A DNA stretch of 64,000 nt from Candidatus Eiseniibacteriota bacterium (GTDB lineage: Bacteria > Eisenbacteria > RBG-16-71-46 > JABDJR01), in contig CAVXKA010000001.1 in the NCBI GenBank assembly GCA_963762255.1, forward strand, positions 352,001 to 416,000. The letters run 5' to 3'. Under the pieces are notes generated by a model. It saw only the letters and a list, made by a program, of their open reading frames with translations. It did no database searches and was not told the DNA's origin. Below, one piece after another: positions 59,074 to 64,000 of this stretch. The first letter of the stretch is position 1, and each line of letters opens with the position of its first letter. The position numbers and the translations under genes are program-made.

Positions 59074-61038
59074 TCACGGCACCCTGCCGGCCGGGGTCGA
59101 ACGAGCCTCCCGGATGGTCCGGGCCACCTCATCCACCGTGTAGAAGTCGGCCTTCAAGATCTCCACCCCGTCCGGTCCGTAGATCACCAGGAGCGGGATG
59201 GTCAGGCGTCCGGTCTCCTTGAGCTTGGCCTTGCCGTCCGGGTTGTGCCCGGTGATGTCGACCTTGATCGGGGTTACCCCCGGCCCCGAAAGGAGTTCCA
59301 CCACCTCGGGGGCGTGGAGCACCCCATGCTCCAGGCTCTTGCAGTTCAGGCACCATTCCGCGGTGAAGTCCATGACCACCACGTCCCCCCGGCTCCGGGC
59401 CGTCTCGAGCCGCTCCGGGGTGTAATGGATCCACTCGATCGGCCCCTCGTTGGTGAGACGGATTCCGCCCAGGATCGCGCCGGCAACAGCCAGGATCCCC
59501 AGCCCCCCGAAGAAAGCCCGCTTCGCGGCCTTTCGCGTGATCCGCGCCGTGCGATAGGCGAGCCAGAACCCCGCGCCGGCTATGAAGGCCATGACCGCCC
59601 ACCAGTAGATGCGGCTCGGCGGATCGGGCGCGCGGCTCGTGAGGGCGCTCAGTCCGACCCCGATGAAATAGGCGGCGGCGGCCAGCATCAGGAGCCCCAT
59701 GACCTGCTTGATCAGTTCGCTCGCGGGGCCGGTGCGCGGCATCTTCTTGACCAGGCCGGGCCACGCCGAGAGCACGAAGTAGGGGAGCGCCATCCCGATT
59801 CCGATGGCGGCGAACGTCGTGAGCGTGGTGGCGGCCGGCCTGGTGGCCGCCCATGCCGCCGCAGCGCCCATGAACGGCGCGGTGCACGGCGTGGAGAGAA
59901 CCGCGGTCATGATCCCGAAGCCGAACGAGCCGGGATAGGTCTCCTGGCTCGGGTTGAAGGCGTAGATGAACCTCGGCACCTGCACGTAGAAGATCCCGGT
60001 CATCGCCACCGCGAGCACCGCAATCACCACCCCCACTCCGATCGTGAAGAGCGGGTACTGGAAGAGCTGGTTGGTGGCGGTGAACCCGCTCGCTGCCGCG
60101 ATGAGCCCGCCGAGCGCGAGCCAGAAGAACACGACGCCCAGCGACATGACCACGCCCAGCGCGAACATGCGCCGGCGATTCCCCGCTGCGTTGGCCAGGC
60201 TCATGATCTTGATCGGGATCACGGGCAGCACGCAGGGGGTGAAGTTGAGGAGGAGCCCCCCCACCATCGCGGTGAGGAGCAGGAGGACGAACCCCCATCG
60301 TGTGGAGGCGTCCACGGAGAAGCTCAGGTCGAAGAGATCGAAGCCCACGCGTTCGACGGCCCCCGACGCGGTCGCGGAGAGCCCCGCGAAAAGCTCTTCG
60401 TTGATCGGGCGCGCCGTCTCCCCCGCCGCCGCAAGAGGGATGGATTCCTCCAGCTTCGCCACCTGCGGCAGAAGGCAGTTCTTGTCGTCGCAGGCCTGGT
60501 ACTCGACCTCGAGCGTGACCTGAAGCGGGGCCGCGCCGGTGCTCGAACCCGCGGTCGCATTCGGGCCCGCGCCGGCGTCCTTCGCCACACGCATCGGCAC
60601 GTAGAAAACGGTGTGGCCGGAGAACGAGAGGAGTTCGCCATCCGCGTACTCCACCTTCACCGGGTGCGGCTTCGGAAAGCGCGCGGACTCGAGCGTGAGG
60701 GCCTCGGAGGCGTCCACCACCCGCACCGATGTCGGATAGGGCACAAAGTCCCCCACGGCCTTCACCTGCGCGGGATCGGGGTTGATATGGAAGCCGGGAT
60801 CGATGTCGACGACGATGGCCAGCGTGAGCGCCGCGCCGGGCACCGCGCGGTCCGCCGACCACGCCGCGCGCACGTGGATCGCGTCGGTTCGAGGACCCGC
60901 GCTCGTGATCTGCGCGATGTGCTCGTCGGTCACCTCGGGGACGCCCGCGTACAGGGGGGCGGCCGACAGCATGGCAACGACCGCGAGCAGCGCGACGATC
61001 GGCAGCGCGGCAAGGAGTGGACGGAGGTGATGCTTCAT
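59074..61038 (-). CDS. dsbD: Protein-disulfide reductase DsbD-like
   Basis: N-domain YQACDDKNC; TM NFTPCVLP and STPCTAP; thioredoxin DFTAEWCLNCK. Confidence 0.88.
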   Translation of the reverse strand: MKHHLRPLLAALPIVALLAVVAMLSAAPLYAGVPEVTDEHIAQITSAGPRTDAIHVRAAWSADRAVPGAALTLAIVVDIDPGFHINPDPAQVKAVGDFVPYPTSVRVVDASEALTLESARFPKPHPVKVEYADGELLSFSGHTVFYVPMRVAKDAGAGPNATAGSSTGAAPLQVTLEVEYQACDDKNCLLPQVAKLEESIPLAAAGETARPINEELFAGLSATASGAVERVGFDLFDLSFSVDASTRWGFVLLLLTAMVGGLLLNFTPCVLPVIPIKIMSLANAAGNRRRMFALGVVMSLGVVFFWLALGGLIAAASGFTATNQLFQYPLFTIGVGVVIAVLAVAMTGIFYVQVPRFIYAFNPSQETYPGSFGFGIMTAVLSTPCTAPFMGAAAAWAATRPAATTLTTFAAIGIGMALPYFVLSAWPGLVKKMPRTGPASELIKQVMGLLMLAAAAYFIGVGLSALTSRAPDPPSRIYWWAVMAFIAGAGFWLAYRTARITRKAAKRAFFGGLGILAVAGAILGGIRLTNEGPIEWIHYTPERLETARSRGDVVVMDFTAEWCLNCKSLEHGVLHAPEVVELLSGPGVTPIKVDITGHNPDGKAKLKETGRLTIPLLVIYGPDGVEILKADFYTVDEVARTIREARSTPAGRVP

Positions 61039-61166
61039 GCTTGGGGCTCTCGTTGGTTGGGCAAAGGGCGTTGAGTTTACCGCGGCGCCTCGGCTTGATT
61101 CCCCCCACCGCGTCAATTAGTCTTTCGGCAAGGAGTTAGGGCGACGAAGCGCGTCCAGTATACGTC

Positions 61167-61673
61167 ATGACCGAACTGCCCCATCTAGACCCCCAAGGCA
61201 AGGCACGCATGGTGGACGTCGGGGCCAAGGCCCCCACGTTGCGTCGTGCGATCGCCTCGGCGTGGGTGCGCATGCGCCCGGAGACGCTCGCCCTCATCGC
61301 GCAAGGGGGACTCCCCAAGGGAGACGCCCTGGCGGTGGCGCGCCTGGCCGGGATCGGCGGCGCGAAGCAGACCCCCTACTTGATCCCGCTCTGCCATCCG
61401 CTCCCGCTCGATCACGTCGGCGTTGAGATCACTCCGGTTCCTGAGCGGCACGCGGTGCGCATCCTCACCGAGGCGCGCACACGCGCCGCCACCGGCGTGG
61501 AGATGGAGGCGCTCACTGCCGCCGCCGTCGCCGGGCTCGCCCTCATCGACATGGTCAAAGGCGTCGACCGCGAGGCGCATATCGTCGAGGTCCGCCTCGA
61601 ACTCAAGGAGGGGGGCAAGAGCGGGCGCTGGGTGCGCGAGGGTTTTGTGGAGCGCACCGAGGGCTCGGCGTGA
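61167..61673 (+). CDS. moaC: Cyclic pyranopterin monophosphate synthase
   Basis: ARMVDV, KGDAL, LIPLCHPL, TGVEMEAL, DMVK, KEGGKSG. Confidence 0.95.
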   Translation: MTELPHLDPQGKARMVDVGAKAPTLRRAIASAWVRMRPETLALIAQGGLPKGDALAVARLAGIGGAKQTPYLIPLCHPLPLDHVGVEITPVPERHAVRILTEARTRAATGVEMEALTAAAVAGLALIDMVKGVDREAHIVEVRLELKEGGKSGRWVREGFVERTEGSA

Positions 61674-62179
61674 TCCGCGCGGCGGTGCTCGTCGTTTCGG
61701 ATCGCGTGAGCGCGGGCGGGCATGAGGACCTGAGCGGACCGGAAGCGGCGCGGGTGTTGACCCGCGCCGGCGCGGAGATCGCGACCATCGAAACCGTCCC
61801 CGACGAACGCGCGGCCATTGCCGAGCGCCTATGCGCGCTGGTCGACGGGGGCGTGGACCTGATCGTCACGAGCGGCGGCACCGGCTTCGCCGCGCGCGAT
61901 GTCACGCCGGAAGCCACGCGCGACGTGATCGAACGTGACGCGCCCGGGCTCGCGGAACTTCTTCGCCGAGAGACCGCGCGCGCCACACCGCTCGCCGCGT
62001 TGAGCCGGGGCGTGGCCGGCATCCGCGGGCGCGCGCTCATCGTGAACCTCCCCGGCAGCCCGCGCGCCGTGGCGGAGTGCCTCGAGGTGCTGGTCCCGCT
62101 CCTCCCTCACGCGGTGCGCCTCCTGCGCGGCGAGGATCCAGGGCACGCCGCGTGGCCGGGCGCGCACGAAGAGCCGTGA
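61670..62179 (+). CDS. MogA/MoaB molybdopterin adenylyltransferase
   Basis: VSDR, DLSGP, VPDE, SGGTGFAARDVTPEAT, NLPGSP. Confidence 0.92.
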   Translation: MIRAAVLVVSDRVSAGGHEDLSGPEAARVLTRAGAEIATIETVPDERAAIAERLCALVDGGVDLIVTSGGTGFAARDVTPEATRDVIERDAPGLAELLRRETARATPLAALSRGVAGIRGRALIVNLPGSPRAVAECLEVLVPLLPHAVRLLRGEDPGHAAWPGAHEEP

Positions 62180-63441
62180 AGCCGCTTCTGCATTGGGAGG
62201 CCGCGCGCACCCGAGTGCTGGACGGCGTGCGTGCGCTTGCGCCCGTGACCCGCGCGGTGGCGGATTCGCGCGGGTACGCGCTCGCCGAAGCCGTGATGGC
62301 CCGCGAATCGATGCCCCCTTTCGACAACTCCGCGATGGACGGGTTCGCGGTGCGCGCGGCCGACGTGGCGGGCGCCTCGCAGGCGTCGCCAGCGGTCCTG
62401 CGCATCGTCGGCACGATCGCCGCCGGCGCGCGCGATCTCCCTCGCGTGGGCCCCACCGAGGCCGCCCGCATCATGACCGGCGCTCCGATCCCCCCCGGCG
62501 TGGACTCGATCGTGCCGGTGGAGCTCACCGACACGTGGGACGGCGAGCGCCGCATGTCGCGGGCCGCGGAGAGCATGGCCGACCCCGCGCGCGTGCGCGT
62601 CTTCGCGCCCGTGCGGCCGGGTGACCACGTGCGACGCGCGGGCGAGAGCGTCACCGCGGGCGCGTTGGTGCTCTCACGCGGCGAGCGCCTCGGCCCCGCG
62701 CAGATCGCCATGCTCCTATCGGTCGGTGTGTTCGAGACGGCGGTGCATACGTTGCCCCGTGTCGGCGTGATCTCCACGGGCGACGAGCTCGTGACGGATG
62801 CCGCGCCGCTTCGCGCGGGGCAGATCCGCGACTCGAACCGCCCGGGGCTCCTCGCCGCGATCGCGGACCAGGGCTTCGTCGGGGTCGATCTCGGAGCCGC
62901 GCGCGACGACGCGGACGAGATCGAGCGGCGCGTGCTGGACGGTCTCGCGCGAGTCGACTTCCTGCTCACGAGCGGTGGCGTCAGCGTGGGCGACTACGAC
63001 CTCACCCGCCGCGTTCTCGCGCGGATCGGCGACGTGGAGGCCTACGGGGTCGCGGTGAAGCCGGGCCGGCCGCAGCTCTTCGGCGCGGTGCGTGGCGTGC
63101 CGGTGTTCGGCCTTCCCGGCAACGCGGTCTCCTCGCTCGTCGTCTTCGATCAGTTCGTGCTTCCCGCGCTCAAGAAGATGGCGGGGCGCCTCGACGTCTT
63201 CCGCCCCGTCTTTCCGGCACGGCTGGCCGAGCCGCTCGGCCGCACGCCCGACCGCGTGGAGTTCGTGCGCGTCAGGCTGGAGTGCCGCGACGGCGAGTGG
63301 ATCGCTTTCAACACCGGGCCCCAGGGTTCGGGTATTCTCAGCACGATGGCGCGGGCCAACGGCTACGTCATCCTCCCCGCAGGCGTGGAGGAATTCGCAA
63401 CGGGGAGCTCGGTGCCGTGCCAGCTCCTGACCCGAGATTGA
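62176..63441 (+). CDS. moeA: Molybdopterin molybdotransferase
   Basis: PFDNSAMDGFAV, IMTGAPIP, STGDEL, SGGVSVGDYD, KPGRP, GLPGN, QGSG. Confidence 0.95.
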   Translation: MKPLLHWEAARTRVLDGVRALAPVTRAVADSRGYALAEAVMARESMPPFDNSAMDGFAVRAADVAGASQASPAVLRIVGTIAAGARDLPRVGPTEAARIMTGAPIPPGVDSIVPVELTDTWDGERRMSRAAESMADPARVRVFAPVRPGDHVRRAGESVTAGALVLSRGERLGPAQIAMLLSVGVFETAVHTLPRVGVISTGDELVTDAAPLRAGQIRDSNRPGLLAAIADQGFVGVDLGAARDDADEIERRVLDGLARVDFLLTSGGVSVGDYDLTRRVLARIGDVEAYGVAVKPGRPQLFGAVRGVPVFGLPGNAVSSLVVFDQFVLPALKKMAGRLDVFRPVFPARLAEPLGRTPDRVEFVRVRLECRDGEWIAFNTGPQGSGILSTMARANGYVILPAGVEEFATGSSVPCQLLTRD

Positions 63442-63473
63442 CCACCCACGGGGTTTCCTTCGGAGGTAACCAA

Positions 63474-64000
63474 GTGTCTCAGCTTCGCTCCGGCGCGCTT
63501 GTCGCAACCGCGCTCGCCCTGCTTCTCGCCGCATTCGCCGTTTCCGCGGAGGCCGGTCGGCTCTCGCCGCGCCTCCTGCGCGCCGAGCGCGCGTTGCGCG
63601 CAGCGGCAAAGGACCCCGCCGAGGCCTCGGCGATTCCCCCGCTCGCAGAGACTGCCATCGCGAACCGCGCGACGGGCGGCGTACTGCCCGCTGCCGGTGA
63701 GGAAGCGCGACTCTCGCTCCTCATCCTCACCGACAATCCCGACGCGCTGCGCGCTGCGGGCTTCGCGGTTCGCACCGTGGCCGGCGAAGTGGTGACCGCC
63801 ACCGTCCCCGTCTCCCGCCTTCGCGAGCTGGAGTCCGTCCCCGGCGTGCGCTGGGCGGAACTCTCGCGGCCGCTCGAGCCCAAGCTCGACGTGAGCCTCT
63901 CGGAGATCAGCGGGGCACAGGCACACGGCGCCGCTCAGCCTCCGTACCCCGTCTCGGGCGCCACCGGTCGCAACGTGATCGTGGGAATCGTGGACAGCGG
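63474..64000 (+). CDS. Secreted S8 (subtilisin-like) protease, N-terminal part; runs off the window edge
   Basis: GGAGG RBS, GTG start, signal peptide, prodomain (VVTATVPVSRLRELESVPGV), ending TGRNVIVGIVDS (catalytic Asp motif). Manual translation. Confidence 0.82.
   Translation, partial: MSQLRSGALVATALALLLAAFAVSAEAGRLSPRLLRAERALRAAAKDPAEASAIPPLAETAIANRATGGVLPAAGEEARLSLLILTDNPDALRAAGFAVRTVAGEVVTATVPVSRLRELESVPGVRWAELSRPLEPKLDVSLSEISGAQAHGAAQPPYPVSGATGRNVIVGIVDS

Overview
A GC-rich, gene-dense chromosomal window from a diderm bacterium. The gene repertoire (T9SS/FlgD-like C-terminal domains, TWxx[IV]K-tailed secreted proteins, Ser/Thr kinase-TPR proteins) suggests an FCB-related candidate phylum such as Ca. 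Eisenbacteria; this is inference only. About 55 CDS can be supported. They include thiolase (partial), a partner-switching set (PP2C, RsbW-like, STAS), a GH13 lipoprotein, a frameshifted ispG, glutamate dehydrogenase, two tandem Ig-repeat surface proteins, oppA/B/C interrupted by an FGE-sulfatase lipoprotein, and a MacAB-type ABC operon interrupted by an AAA_14/DUF4143-like ATPase-nuclease. Further along are hisN, mtgA, arcA, a histidine kinase, a GT39 glycosyltransferase, a Ser/Thr kinase, an FNR-like regulator, a complex I operon, mobA, trkH/trkA, tlpA, dsbD, moaC-mog-moeA and a partial S8 protease. No rRNA, tRNA, CRISPR array, integrase or transposase was seen. The main anomalies are: (1) a tightly coupled, putatively Rex-controlled nuoA-C-E-F-H-J-K-L-M-N operon that cleanly lacks nuoB, D, G and I and sits next to Moco genes; (2) one Cys-rich secreted domain carried with either a T9SS-like C-terminal domain or a short TWxx[IV]KxxY tail, which is a candidate sorting signal; (3) a solitary ATPase-nuclease cassette with its own leaderless promoter, a perfect 14-bp operator palindrome and 6-bp flanking direct repeats.
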